A stretch of DNA of 64,000 nt from a virus (lineage: Duplodnaviria > Caudoviricetes). Made by a program: the position numbers and the translations under genes. The stretch covers positions 128,001-192,000 of IMG/VR virus record IMGVR_UViG_3300013713_000001. The stretch is one strand, 5' to 3'. Below the pieces are notes generated by a model that saw only the letters and a program-made list of their open reading frames with translations, was not told the DNA's origin and did no database searches. Of the stretch, positions 10,171 through 20,515 are shown piece after piece (the first letter of the stretch is position 1; each line of letters begins with the position of its first letter).

Positions 10171-11564
10171 TTCTTGTCCTCTTCCTTACTTGCCGGTTCC
10201 TTACTCACAAAGATGTGAGGGGTGATCCCGCGAATAGCCCGACGGATACCCTTCGTGACCTTGCTGTGACCTTGGGCCTTTTTCTTGACACTTGCTACCG
10301 TTTCCTTGGCCTTCGAGATCTTTTCGTTGATCAGTGCCTTGGCAGCAGCGGCGCCGTCTTTATTGCTGTCGTCACCGCTAACGCTTTCAGCGCTTTTCTT
10401 CAGATCCGCCAATGCCGTTTCAGCCGCTTTCTTTTCGGTATCGATGGATTTGGTCAACTCGCTGTTAGTTCCCAGCAGGCCCAGCAGGCCGTCGATCACC
10501 CCACCAGCTGAACCGGGACCTTCCAGCCGTGCCACGATCTTGCTCATGGCGCCAGAGGGATCCAGCTTACTGGCCATTGCCGTAATGCCTGCTTTGGCCT
10601 TGTCGTTGATCGCCGCTGCTTTGTCCTTCATCGACTGGATAGCTTTCTTGTTGTCATCCGCATCGTTAGTGATGTTTGTGTCCTGCTCATCCTCATCACT
10701 TTCGAAAAGCTTCAGGACGTTTTCCCAGGTTTCCTGAGCTGCCTTGTAAGCCACTTTGCCAAGGTTCTTCACCGCGTCGAAAACAGGACCTTCACTGCCC
10801 GAGATGTTTTCAACCACCATCCCGTTGGCCCGTGTTACCCCTTCAAAGTAGAAGAAGTCCGGGGTGTTTTCTTTCCCCCCAAGATAGTCTTCGATGCCTT
10901 GCAGCATTTTCAACGAGTGGTCTGCTGTACAACCGCACTTGCACGCGTCAGTACCGCCACACTCAATGCCAGCTACATCGAAGTCGAGTGGATTGACCTC
11001 GTTGTAGTCAAGGGGTGCAAACTCTTCTATCCCAGCAAGCATGCCAAAGCGAGCCGTGCTGAAAACGTCCACAAGAGTCAAGACACTGTCCAGGTATTCC
11101 AACAGTGCGCTATCGGCTTTGTAGCGTTCATCCGAGTGGTCAGGTACCTCGTCGCCGTCCAGCGCCTCATAGGGATCCAGAACACGACGTGCCTGTGCAA
11201 TGAGCTCATCCGCCCCATTGCGGTTGTCGGCGGTACCCTGCAGGTTGCCGTAACGGATAATTGCCAGGGAGACCTCACGACGACTTGGGAACACCCCTTT
11301 GGCGATCTCGGCACTGAGGCTCGACAGGTACTTCGAGAGCGGTTCATTCGTGGCCATCTCACCACCATCAAAGTACTCGAAGTGGTCACCAATGATGTTG
11401 ACCGTCTCGTTCAGTTGCCTGACAAGGGTTTCACGGTCAATGGCGGGAATCCCCAGGTCTTCGAAGTACTTCAACAGGTGAGCGTTGTCGTCCTTGCAAA
11501 AGGAGGTCTTGCCAAGGCTGTTGATCAGTAGTCCCAGAAGACCGAGTTTTTGATAGATGTTCAT
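10167..11564 (-). CDS. Inner-head / ejection protein with G-x-E propeptide
   Basis: AGIEE, AGIEC, QGIED and SGSEG sites followed by a helical Lys/Ala-rich region. Confidence 0.6.
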   Translation of the reverse strand: MNIYQKLGLLGLLINSLGKTSFCKDDNAHLLKYFEDLGIPAIDRETLVRQLNETVNIIGDHFEYFDGGEMATNEPLSKYLSSLSAEIAKGVFPSRREVSLAIIRYGNLQGTADNRNGADELIAQARRVLDPYEALDGDEVPDHSDERYKADSALLEYLDSVLTLVDVFSTARFGMLAGIEEFAPLDYNEVNPLDFDVAGIECGGTDACKCGCTADHSLKMLQGIEDYLGGKENTPDFFYFEGVTRANGMVVENISGSEGPVFDAVKNLGKVAYKAAQETWENVLKLFESDEDEQDTNITNDADDNKKAIQSMKDKAAAINDKAKAGITAMASKLDPSGAMSKIVARLEGPGSAGGVIDGLLGLLGTNSELTKSIDTEKKAAETALADLKKSAESVSGDDSNKDGAAAAKALINEKISKAKETVASVKKKAQGHSKVTKGIRRAIRGITPHIFVSKEPASKEEDKK

Positions 11565-12052
11565 ACTGTCTCCTGCACTTGAATAGAAACTGTCCCTTTA
11601 AAGACAGGGGAGTAACGAGCGTCAACATGAAGCCAGCCGTCCGTACTCGAAAGTTCTACGTCACCGCGGGGCAATGCGCCCAGGCCAATGAACTGCGTCC
11701 ACAGGTGGAACTGGTTTGTCTGCTCGTCAGCGTCGGTGACAACAGTTTCAACAACGACAGGTTCCCCGGTGACCAGATCGGTTTCCAGGGTACCGAGGAC
11801 TTCAACAGCGGCGGATGGTGTCCAGTCCTGGCGTTTGATCCCAACAATCGACTGCGGGATCCCCTCAAACAACTCGTTGAGGGAAATACGCTGGAACATA
11901 AAGGACTCTTTAGGAGGCCCGGAGATCACGTATTTGAAGAGATCTTCGTTGACGGCTACCACGTTACCAAACTTGGGATTAAAGCTTCCACAGGAGATAC
12001 TGGAAAGCCCTGCCGCTATCAAAGAGGGAAGTGTTACCAGATTAAGCTGCAT
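11561..12052 (-). CDS. Putative virion (decoration-type) protein
   Basis: 163 aa; FQRISLNELF...SPVFKGTVSI pattern. Confidence 0.5.
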   Translation of the reverse strand: MQLNLVTLPSLIAAGLSSISCGSFNPKFGNVVAVNEDLFKYVISGPPKESFMFQRISLNELFEGIPQSIVGIKRQDWTPSAAVEVLGTLETDLVTGEPVVVETVVTDADEQTNQFHLWTQFIGLGALPRGDVELSSTDGWLHVDARYSPVFKGTVSIQVQETV

Positions 12053-12064
12053 GAGGGCAACTCC

Positions 12065-13108
12065 TTAGTGAATGGCAACCACACAGAGGTCAGTAATGGT
12101 AACCAGGGCACGGTACAAGACGTTTTCGAACAGTCGGATATCGTCCATGGCGTTACGGACCACCGAGGTAAAGAGCTTGCGCACAGGAGCACTGGCTTCT
12201 TTGCTGGTGGACAAGACGCTCAAGGTATCGATCATGACCTTCTCAAGCTTTTGCACATCAACCGTCAGAGCTTTCAGCTGGACGAGGTTAGCCTTGCTGT
12301 CCTTACGGATACCTTCCACCGCGGTTTGAGTTGTGGTGAACTTAGGACCCCGGAAGTCCTTGCGGGTATTCGCGCTGGGGTGGTACTGGATCTTTGTCGG
12401 ACCGAAACGGAAATCGTCAGTGGTGATAAACGTTCCCTTATCCCGACCTGAAGTCCCAAAGATCTTTCTGACCTTGCCGTAGAACTCGACGATACCATCA
12501 CCCACCTTGATGGGTCCGCCGGCTTTCGCTTGACGTTCCATCGAGTTCAGCAAATCCGTCAGGTCTTTGATGTAGGTCCCTACGTTGGTAATACCTTTGC
12601 TGACACGGCGGTTGGTTTCAGCAACCCAGCCCAGATCAGCAACCGGCTTACCAGGTCGCGGGTAGATGAAAAAGGTGCTTTGTGGGTATTCGTGTTCACC
12701 CGGCTTGACACCTTTGTCTTTCAGATGGATGTCGATCGATACCAGCTTGTGGTCGATCTTCTTTTCTTTTGCCGAGAAGAAGCTCCAGATCCACTTGAAG
12801 AAGTCACGGACCATCTGGATAACTTTCTTCACACCATCCTTGGCCATGTCCAGCAAACCTTCGCTACCGGAGACCTGGCTCAACGAGGTAGCGACGGCCG
12901 CTTTCGAGTGAAGGATGTAGTTGTAGAAGCGTTCGGTCCCACTGACTCGATCGTTTTCGTCCGAGAGTTTCGTGAGGGTATCCTGTTCTTCAATAACGTC
13001 GAATTCTTCCTTATCCTGATCCGAGATATCTTTCAGGGTAGGGGACACAACGTACCGTAAAGGCGTAGCACTTGGCTGAGTCATGGAGGTTACCTGTTGA
13101 GTAGGCAA
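12065..13108 (-). CDS. Inner-head protein (paralog family)
   Basis: SGTE and SGSE sites, then GLLDMAKDGVKKVIQMVRDFFKWIWSFF; real start is probably ATG at 13084. Confidence 0.65.
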   Translation of the reverse strand: MPTQQVTSMTQPSATPLRYVVSPTLKDISDQDKEEFDVIEEQDTLTKLSDENDRVSGTERFYNYILHSKAAVATSLSQVSGSEGLLDMAKDGVKKVIQMVRDFFKWIWSFFSAKEKKIDHKLVSIDIHLKDKGVKPGEHEYPQSTFFIYPRPGKPVADLGWVAETNRRVSKGITNVGTYIKDLTDLLNSMERQAKAGGPIKVGDGIVEFYGKVRKIFGTSGRDKGTFITTDDFRFGPTKIQYHPSANTRKDFRGPKFTTTQTAVEGIRKDSKANLVQLKALTVDVQKLEKVMIDTLSVLSTSKEASAPVRKLFTSVVRNAMDDIRLFENVLYRALVTITDLCVVAIH

Positions 13109-13149
13109 TTAGTACATAGCATCAAAATGCAAATAGAAAGAACACTCAA

Positions 13150-13177
13150 CCTACCTGCCGGCGAACCGGCAGGTAGG
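13150..13177 (-). terminator. Terminator hairpin with UUCG loop (minus strand)
   Basis: CCTACCTGCCGG-CGAA-CCGGCAGGTAGG. Confidence 0.8.
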
Positions 13178-13203
13178 CTAAGGTTCAACGTACGGCTACT
13201 GGA

Positions 13204-14541
13204 TCAGAAGTGCGCGCGAACAGCGCCCAGGATCTGGTTGGCCAGGTAGATGTACAGACGGTCGACGGACGAGGTCAGCGAGGACGCCGAGACGTAGATC
13301 GCTTTGCACAGGTCGATGGCCTTCTTCGCGCTTTCGCGCTTGGCGTTGTCGGTGCCGTGGTCGTTCTTGATCTGAACGCTCAGGGTGCCGACCACACGGT
13401 CACGCTCGGCTTTGGAGAACTTGGCAGCGACTTTGCTAGCACGCAGTTCGCCGACGTAGTCGTGAACGCCCTTCAGGGTGCTTTCCAGCTGAGCCTTGGA
13501 AGCCTTGATCTCGGTGTCGCCCTTGGTGAACTTGCTGGCGTCGTCGGTCTTGCCGAAGGACAGCTTCACGGAGCGAGCAGCCGATACCGCTTCTGCTTCG
13601 GTCTCGAACTTCTCGTTGAAGGCCGCGAAGATGCGGAAGCCGGCGTGAACCATCAGCACGGTGGTCTTGTCCGAGGTCTGGGAGACGTTCGGCTTGCCAG
13701 CGGCTTTGGCGACTTCTTTGATGTCGTCGGTGACCTTCTTGTAGGCCGAGCGGAAGCTGGCCATGTCGATGCCGTCCAGCTTCTTGCTCAGGTCCATGAA
13801 GGCTGGCAGGGAGCTGGAGACCAGGTCGAACACACCGGCGTGCAGAATGCCGTCGATGCCTTTCAGGCCGGCGTTGGCGTAGTCGCAGCCGATGTTCCAG
13901 GAGCCCAGCTTGACACGGGACTTCGGTTCCTTGGCGGAGATGGTCGCGCTGAGGGTCTTGGCTTGACGCTCGAGGCCGTCGGCGGTGGACTTCAGACCAA
14001 CGAAGAAGTTGATCATGCTGTTGAAGATGCCCTTGATGAACTCGATCACCTTCGAGGCGCCTTGCTTCAGGGTGTCCATGAAGCCTTCTTGGCCGGCGAC
14101 TGCGAACAGCTGGGCAGTGGCACGGTCGTTCAGGCTTTCGGCGCCGCAGCGGTTGAAGTCACGGCCGCCCAGGGCGACGTTCAGCTTGGCGCAGCGGTTG
14201 TAGCGATCGGCGAAGGCAACGCCGTTGAACGGGGTGGCACCCGAGATCATGGATTCGACACCGGCGACTTCTTCGGCCAGTTCTTCCAGCAGTTCTTCGT
14301 GGCTTTCCAGCACGGCGACGGCTTGTTCGGTCGCTTGAGCAGCCTGCTCGACGACGACTTGGGCTTCGGCGGTATCAGCGCGCGCTTCTTCGACAGCGGC
14401 TTCCAGATCGCCACCGGCGCCGAGGTTGGAGTTGTTGTCGTCACCGACGTTGTTCTCGCCACCGGTATCACCGCCTTGCAGGCTTTCGATACCAGAGACC
14501 ATGGACAGGTATTCCAGATGGGAACGGGACATTGAGTGCAT
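13204..14541 (-). CDS. Abundant inner-body / head protein (phiKZ gp93/gp95-type family)
   Basis: Acidic propeptide with SGIE, AGVE, CGAE and AGQE sites, then GFMDTLKQGASKVIEFIKGIFNSMINFF; very strong codon bias. Confidence 0.7.
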   Translation of the reverse strand: MHSMSRSHLEYLSMVSGIESLQGGDTGGENNVGDDNNSNLGAGGDLEAAVEEARADTAEAQVVVEQAAQATEQAVAVLESHEELLEELAEEVAGVESMISGATPFNGVAFADRYNRCAKLNVALGGRDFNRCGAESLNDRATAQLFAVAGQEGFMDTLKQGASKVIEFIKGIFNSMINFFVGLKSTADGLERQAKTLSATISAKEPKSRVKLGSWNIGCDYANAGLKGIDGILHAGVFDLVSSSLPAFMDLSKKLDGIDMASFRSAYKKVTDDIKEVAKAAGKPNVSQTSDKTTVLMVHAGFRIFAAFNEKFETEAEAVSAARSVKLSFGKTDDASKFTKGDTEIKASKAQLESTLKGVHDYVGELRASKVAAKFSKAERDRVVGTLSVQIKNDHGTDNAKRESAKKAIDLCKAIYVSASSLTSSVDRLYIYLANQILGAVRAHF

Positions 14542-14580
14542 CCTTTTTCGTTAACGAAAGATAGGGTTGTTTATAAACAA

Positions 14581-15588
14581 TTACGCGAATACCCCAAGTA
14601 CACCATGAATGTACTTGTCGACGTAGCCGACAACACGTGGGGTGAATCCGCTATAAAATGCGAGAGCCCCTTGGTTACCGCTCATGAGCTTTTCACACTC
14701 ACCAAGGATCGTCTTACTTACTTTGTCCAACTGGCTGAGGTTGCCATCGACACCCTTTACCATATCAGCCCACGACTTGATGAAAGCCGTGTAGCCGTCA
14801 TAGGATTCCTTAACCTTCAAATGGAGGTCGTTAACCTTATCCAGTTTGTTGAGGATGTCGGAGATTTCACTCTTCGACAAGGTCAAGGTTTTAGCCTCTC
14901 CTGAAGAAGCATCACCACCCATAGAGTACTTAGGCGAACCTTCATTACTGAAGATAAAGACACGGCCTCCAGGGAGTACCGGCGATTTGACAGCCTTACC
15001 CATAGCTGTACCCAGTTTGAACTCAGGGTACTTCAACCCCTCGAACTCCTCGATAACTGCATGGATCTGTTCTGCCTTTTGGGCCGACTTCAACTTCTTC
15101 AGGGTAACGAGCTCTTTGTCGAGGAAGTTCATGACCTCCTTGTCGTGAGCCACCCAGGCCTCAAGGGTCTTTACCAGGGTTTCCATGTCAGAGAGGATAT
15201 GGCTTGCATCGCCACCCGCTGTGATCAAGGCAACCTTTGGTGCAGTGATCTTGAGTTCCTTATCAGCCACCTTGGCGATGTCGCGCTCGATGTTCTTGAT
15301 AAGCGAGCCATTCTCAGAGAATGACCGGCTGAGCTGGTTGCCAGCTGCAGTGAAGCCCTTCAGCGCGATGTCGAGGGTCTTGCCGCCAACCCACTTACCC
15401 GCACTGAAGAGACCGCGGCCAACCGCACCCATGGCACCAATAGCATTGTTGCGAACGTTCTGGAAATCCTCGGTACCTGCCACAGAGGACAAGCAACTGC
15501 CCATCCTCATCAAATGGTCAGTCGACTGAGAGAGTTCCAGGTGTTGCTCAAGGCAAACCGCCAATTGAGTCTTGTTACCTGAACTCAT
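14581..15588 (-). CDS. Inner-head protein
   Basis: AGTE site near the N-terminus; LPGGR motif; lies in the head-protein cluster. Confidence 0.6.
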   Translation of the reverse strand: MSSGNKTQLAVCLEQHLELSQSTDHLMRMGSCLSSVAGTEDFQNVRNNAIGAMGAVGRGLFSAGKWVGGKTLDIALKGFTAAGNQLSRSFSENGSLIKNIERDIAKVADKELKITAPKVALITAGGDASHILSDMETLVKTLEAWVAHDKEVMNFLDKELVTLKKLKSAQKAEQIHAVIEEFEGLKYPEFKLGTAMGKAVKSPVLPGGRVFIFSNEGSPKYSMGGDASSGEAKTLTLSKSEISDILNKLDKVNDLHLKVKESYDGYTAFIKSWADMVKGVDGNLSQLDKVSKTILGECEKLMSGNQGALAFYSGFTPRVVGYVDKYIHGVLGVFA

Positions 15589-15599
15589 AACCGCCTCCC

Positions 15600-16904
15600 T
15601 TATTCAGCATTGACCTGGATCGAATTGTCGCAGATCTGGATCAAACCGTTGATGATAAGGGTCAGGTAGTTGGCAACCGTTACCCGGATGGAGAGCAGTT
15701 CCATCTGGTTATGGCGGACCAGGGCACTGAACCACTTGGCGATGTAGAGACGGGTGGTCTCGTCGATGTCGGCGTCAACGATACCTTTGATGATGTCGTT
15801 GTAGTCGGCGTCTGCCAACTTGAACTTCTCGCCTTTCTCGAACATGCTCGTCCAGTCTTTCAGCAGACCGCGAAGCGCCTTGACGATCGCTTTGATCTCA
15901 CGGCTGGAGAGCGCCTTGATTTCGGTACCCACCTGATCAACCACCACCGGAGCACTGTTCTCGAACGCAGTGCGGTCGTTCTTGACGTGGAGGTCGACGT
16001 ACTCAGCGAGCATGTCGAGGGTCTCACAGGTCTTTGGTGGGTTCTTCAAACGGGTGTCGAAGAAGTACGCACCGCCCATGAGCTCAACCGACTGCTTCGC
16101 CGAAACCAGTACACTTTCGTGCGCTTTGTTCGGGTAGCTGCACTCCTTGAAAGGAATGTTCGGAATGCTCATCGGCATCATCCGCAGACGCTCCATGGCA
16201 CCTTCCTGGCTCAACGACGTGAAGCCACCGAAGTAGCTCATCAACGCCTGCAGGGTCTGCTTGTTGTTCAGGTAGTAGCCGCCGCTGAGCGCCGAGATCG
16301 TCCCGCTGAGCTTGTTCAGGTTACCCGTCCAGTCAGCGTTTACCTTGCCGTTCACCTTGAACAGGTTGAACAGACGATGCTCGAGAATGAACGAGTTCGT
16401 GCTCATGAAGTCCGGGTAGCTGGTAACCTTTTGCTCCAGCAGATCCAGGGCCTTGTTCAGGTCGTCTTCGGATTGGGTAAAGATCACCCAGGCATCACGG
16501 AAGGAACTGCTGATTTGAACGGCCACATCACGCGACGCCTTGAAGAAGTCGGTGAGGAAGTTCTCGCAACCGGCGTAACGGGTGAGCAGGAAGTTCTTTG
16601 GTAGCAGGGTGTGACCGAGTGCTTCAGCGCCTTGTACTTCAGCAAAGCCAGTTTCCAGCGGAATCGTGACACCGGCACGGTTCAGGCGGTCATCGACCAT
16701 TTCCACGAGTGCTGGGGTGACCTCGTACGGCTCGACGCTTTCCAGAAGCTTCTGGGCTTCGAGGACGCGGTCAGCCGAACTGTCGAGTGCGGTCTGGACT
16801 TCGTTCAGGTGAATGGAGCTGCGCAGTGCATCGAAAAGTTCTACCGACTTAGCGGTATTGATCGCTGCCATTTGAGCAGCCAGCGAATCGTTGGAATTAT
16901 CCAT
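15600..16904 (-). CDS. Inner-head protein (phiKZ gp92-like)
   Basis: QGAE and AGCE sites and ELMGG motif; start placed at ATG 16904 (MDNSND), overlapping the upstream stop; the ORF track gives 16958. Confidence 0.6.
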   Translation of the reverse strand: MDNSNDSLAAQMAAINTAKSVELFDALRSSIHLNEVQTALDSSADRVLEAQKLLESVEPYEVTPALVEMVDDRLNRAGVTIPLETGFAEVQGAEALGHTLLPKNFLLTRYAGCENFLTDFFKASRDVAVQISSSFRDAWVIFTQSEDDLNKALDLLEQKVTSYPDFMSTNSFILEHRLFNLFKVNGKVNADWTGNLNKLSGTISALSGGYYLNNKQTLQALMSYFGGFTSLSQEGAMERLRMMPMSIPNIPFKECSYPNKAHESVLVSAKQSVELMGGAYFFDTRLKNPPKTCETLDMLAEYVDLHVKNDRTAFENSAPVVVDQVGTEIKALSSREIKAIVKALRGLLKDWTSMFEKGEKFKLADADYNDIIKGIVDADIDETTRLYIAKWFSALVRHNQMELLSIRVTVANYLTLIINGLIQICDNSIQVNAE

Positions 16905-17409
16905 AGTAGCTACCACCACCGAAGAGTTGAAGGAAACGAATAACTTGAGCCGGACCAATACCCGCCATCAGGTTGAAGAGGTCCATGTCATGAACCACAT
17001 AACCGTCTTCCAGCAAGGACAGGTTACCTGACGTGCGCTTCTGAGGAGAGTACGTAGCTGCTCGGTTCTTGACCGCTGCCTTAGCCTTGTTCTCTTCGAA
17101 GTTGATGCAGGTAACCAGGGGAACCGCACTGATCTTGCCGTTAAGGAAATGAACCACGTCTTTGACAAGCGTCGACAGGGGACCAGAACCACCGTAGTAG
17201 TTGGCCTCCATGAACTGACGGAAACTCCCACCCATCAGTCGCTTGGCTTCGCGCATGGTTTCGATGGAGAGATCCCCTTCGATTACCAGCGCAAAGTCCA
17301 AGACCCCATCACGGCGCATGAGGGCAAAGTTCTTGAAAATGTTGTCCAGGTCGGTGTCGCTCAACTGGTCACTTACAAAGCCGTTACCAAACTGACGATA
17401 ATTAGCCAT
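16897..17409 (-). CDS. Hypothetical virion-associated protein
   Basis: 170 aa, coupled to both neighbours. Confidence 0.65.
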   Translation of the reverse strand: MANYRQFGNGFVSDQLSDTDLDNIFKNFALMRRDGVLDFALVIEGDLSIETMREAKRLMGGSFRQFMEANYYGGSGPLSTLVKDVVHFLNGKISAVPLVTCINFEENKAKAAVKNRAATYSPQKRTSGNLSLLEDGYVVHDMDLFNLMAGIGPAQVIRFLQLFGGGSYYG

Positions 17410-18292
17410 GAGCGCTCCGGTACATGTTGTCGATCTCGGCGATCCGCGCGGTCCCTTTGAGGATGCGGTCCTGGTAGTCTTCGATGCGCTCGTCGAGCTC
17501 AGCGTCGTTCGTACCGTTCTTCTGGTTCACCGCCTGGCTGATCTTCATCGCGAAGCGTTCGTTGGCCAGACGGATCTGCTCGATCTCGTTGACGTGGTTC
17601 TTCATGCGGTTCAGCTTCCACCAGTACCGCGGGTTGAAGTGATGCACGCCGAGGCTTTGCGAGGTCAGCAGGGTGCGCATCCCGCTGCCTTCCATGACCC
17701 CGATAGACGATTCAGTCACGTCCACTTCCGGGATGTTGTTCAGGTCGGCGAGAATCGCCTTGTGACCCTTCATCAGCCAGACGAAGGTACCTTTGTAGTA
17801 CTCGAGGGTCTGGGTGAGGAAACGCAGGTCGAGCTTGGTGGCCGTGTTGTCGACGTGCTGGTTGGCCTTGTTGTTGAGGCTGATGAGCACGTCATACACG
17901 ATACTCGTGTACTTCAGCCAATGGTCGATCTGTTCGATCGAGATGAGGATGTTGGCTTGACGCAGGTTCAGCAACTTGCCGTCCCACACGCTGTCCTTGT
18001 CCTTGGCGATCAGACGCTCCAGCTCAGTCGACAGCGCCACAACGGTTTGCAGGGCTGACTCGATGCACTTGGTGAGACCAACCCCACGCAGGCCGTTGTC
18101 GTTCAGGCCCGAGACGATGCTCTTGGTAACCGCCCACTGAGCGATCTGGGTGTCGAGGGTGATCTTGTTCGTCTGCATACGCTCCAGGTTACCCAGGAGG
18201 TCCGACGCTGTGACTTGAAGTACTGTGACGAGTTGCGACAGTTCGCTTTTCTTGAACGTTTGAACGTTCCCAACGTATTCCGTGATTTTCAT
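17402..18292 (-). CDS. Head structural protein (phiKZ gp90-like)
   Basis: 296-aa helical / coiled-coil protein, high codon bias, synteny. Confidence 0.55.
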   Translation of the reverse strand: MKITEYVGNVQTFKKSELSQLVTVLQVTASDLLGNLERMQTNKITLDTQIAQWAVTKSIVSGLNDNGLRGVGLTKCIESALQTVVALSTELERLIAKDKDSVWDGKLLNLRQANILISIEQIDHWLKYTSIVYDVLISLNNKANQHVDNTATKLDLRFLTQTLEYYKGTFVWLMKGHKAILADLNNIPEVDVTESSIGVMEGSGMRTLLTSQSLGVHHFNPRYWWKLNRMKNHVNEIEQIRLANERFAMKISQAVNQKNGTNDAELDERIEDYQDRILKGTARIAEIDNMYRSAHG

Positions 18293-19410
18293 CAGATGCC
18301 CCCGTTGAGCAGTTTGACCAGACCTTCGAGGCTGTTGACAGCCGGTTCTTTCTTCGTCTTGATTGCCAGGTCACGACGTGCGTAGATCTCAGGCATCATT
18401 TGACCGTTGGTGTAGAAGGTGAAGATACCGCTACCTTCGTTGACGACAACGATGGTGTTGGCCTTGACCGTTTTGAAGATGTCCTTACGGCTGGAAGGAT
18501 TGGAGAAGCTCTTGCCGATGTTCAGCTCGATCTGTTGCTTCTCGTCTTCGTCGATGATGAACGTGTTCGCCATGGTGTTCAGGCTGATCACACCGGTGCG
18601 GATGGCTTCGACCTTGTTGCGGACGTCACGGGCCTGGGCCTCGGTGTAGTACCGCGTGTCGTCGTTGCGCATGGCCCTGAAGCGATCGCGGATGATGTCT
18701 TCACCGTCGAACCACTCAGGGTTGGTGATCTCACCGTTGTTCTTCATGATCCAACGCATTTTGTAGCCGTCTTCGATCTTGGCCACGCCAAAGGTGTTTT
18801 CCAGCGAATCGGTGGAGGCCGGAACGATGATCTGACGGAAGGTCAGTGGCAGGTCAACCGACGCACCGTCCTTACCAAACACGGTGGCGTTGACCACGCG
18901 ACCAATGGACAGCGGAACGTATTCCTGCAGCTCCTGGACCGTCTTGCCGTTGACCGTGAAGGAGCCTTCACCAGCCTTGGGGCGAGCAGGGTCGATGTTG
19001 CCCGACGCGTAGGACTCGATGCCCGCAATCATCGACTGCAGACCGGCACGGTTCGGGTTAACGCGACCGAGGTAGGTGGAGATGTTCACACCAATCTGCT
19101 CGGCGTTGCGAATGGCGAAGTGGGAAAGGGTTGCGACGATGTCACGGATGTTGATAACCGTGATCAGATCAGCCATGTATTCCTGGTGGAGAAGGTTACC
19201 CTGAACAACAACCATCGGGGACAGCAAGGTACGGCGAGCATTCTGCCCGATCGAGGTGGTAGAAACCACATCGTATGTCTGTCTCAGCGTGTCGGCAACG
19301 TTGGTGGCGCCAGCGATGTCTTTATTGTCTGGATACAACTTTTTCATGATATCCAAAAAGAAAGAACCGACGTTCAGGATATCTCCAACCATGTGGTTTT
19401 GCGCTTTCAT
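18292..19410 (-). CDS. Head structural protein (phiKZ gp89-like)
   Basis: 372 aa, AGIES site, LSIGRVVN motif, high codon bias, synteny. Confidence 0.55.
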   Translation of the reverse strand: MKAQNHMVGDILNVGSFFLDIMKKLYPDNKDIAGATNVADTLRQTYDVVSTTSIGQNARRTLLSPMVVVQGNLLHQEYMADLITVINIRDIVATLSHFAIRNAEQIGVNISTYLGRVNPNRAGLQSMIAGIESYASGNIDPARPKAGEGSFTVNGKTVQELQEYVPLSIGRVVNATVFGKDGASVDLPLTFRQIIVPASTDSLENTFGVAKIEDGYKMRWIMKNNGEITNPEWFDGEDIIRDRFRAMRNDDTRYYTEAQARDVRNKVEAIRTGVISLNTMANTFIIDEDEKQQIELNIGKSFSNPSSRKDIFKTVKANTIVVVNEGSGIFTFYTNGQMMPEIYARRDLAIKTKKEPAVNSLEGLVKLLNGGI

Positions 19411-19429
19411 GGGTCTTCACCTTTAATCA

Positions 19430-20515
19430 TTGGGTATTGAAATGGCTGATGAAACGAATGATTCCCAGGATTTCTTCAATAAGACCCCCGGGTTGAATGC
19501 ACCTGGGGAACAACTAAACGACAGCAACTACCGCGAATGGCTGAATACTGTCCTTTCCGAAAATGGCGGACCTGGGTACGATTCTGCTTTATTGAACAGT
19601 TTGAGGGGTATTCGGGTTCTTGGTCCTGGCCACGCAATGGCAGGCATCCCCGATGACAACATAGGATTAATGTTCTGTACCCGGCCCTCTTTAAACCTGT
19701 CGGATGCGAATGTCCAGCTGCACAGCCAACTGGTCAATTTGATCAATCCTCGACCGAATTCTCCAGCAGCTTACATCAAGGGAATGCTCGACCCAAAGTG
19801 GGGCTCAGCCAACAGCGGATTGAACAGTATCTACGATCCGTTGACCCCTTGGATACCAGCACTGACAAACTACCTAAAGGTCAGTTCGGGGTTTCCTGAC
19901 TTGAGTTTAGGGACCGGCAAAAGCACCTCTGGTTTCCGGGGCGAAGTCTACGCCTACGTCGAAGGTATCCTGAAGGTCAACTACGACTACGAGATCCATC
20001 AGAGCTTTTACAACGTGAAGCCGGGGATTATCCCTGCGCTGTTTAACACCTGGGTTCACTACATTGAAGCAGTGACCCTAGGTGACGAAGGGATGGAGCC
20101 GTACTGGAAAGCCCTGGCCGGGAACTACTACGACTTTACCTGTCGTATCTACCACTTGATCATGAACAAAAACATGCGCAACATCGAGTGGATTTTTTGT
20201 ACGGGTGGGGGTTGGCCGACAACCTTCCCATCAGGAGCCTATAGCACAATCGACCGGACCCAGAACAGTCTTCGTGGACAGGGTCAGGATGAGTTTGAAG
20301 TGACGTTTACCTGCCAAGGTTTCCGCTTCAACAACATCTCGATTGCAAAGGCGTTTAACGACAACACCTTGTACCGCAACCCCAACATGCATCCACAGGT
20401 CAGGGATCGGTACTACCGCAAGCTTTCGTTCAGGGAATACATGGCCTCCAGCTTTGGGATGTATCCTTGGATCAACCTACAGACTATGGAACTGGAATAC
20501 TGGGGAAGTCGATGA
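19430..20515 (+). CDS. Virion structural protein, tail-tube / baseplate-like (phiKZ gp88-like)
   Basis: FCTRPSLNL, YDFTCRIY and F-x-V-T-F-x-C motifs resemble tube-fold proteins; probable start ATG 19442. Confidence 0.5.
   Translation: MGIEMADETNDSQDFFNKTPGLNAPGEQLNDSNYREWLNTVLSENGGPGYDSALLNSLRGIRVLGPGHAMAGIPDDNIGLMFCTRPSLNLSDANVQLHSQLVNLINPRPNSPAAYIKGMLDPKWGSANSGLNSIYDPLTPWIPALTNYLKVSSGFPDLSLGTGKSTSGFRGEVYAYVEGILKVNYDYEIHQSFYNVKPGIIPALFNTWVHYIEAVTLGDEGMEPYWKALAGNYYDFTCRIYHLIMNKNMRNIEWIFCTGGGWPTTFPSGAYSTIDRTQNSLRGQGQDEFEVTFTCQGFRFNNISIAKAFNDNTLYRNPNMHPQVRDRYYRKLSFREYMASSFGMYPWINLQTMELEYWGSR

Noticed and set aside
13210-14535. 441-aa plus-strand ORF mirroring a head protein gene
   Set aside because: Shadow ORF: the sense gene avoids TTA/CTA/TCA codons, which removes antisense stops, and the product is not protein-like
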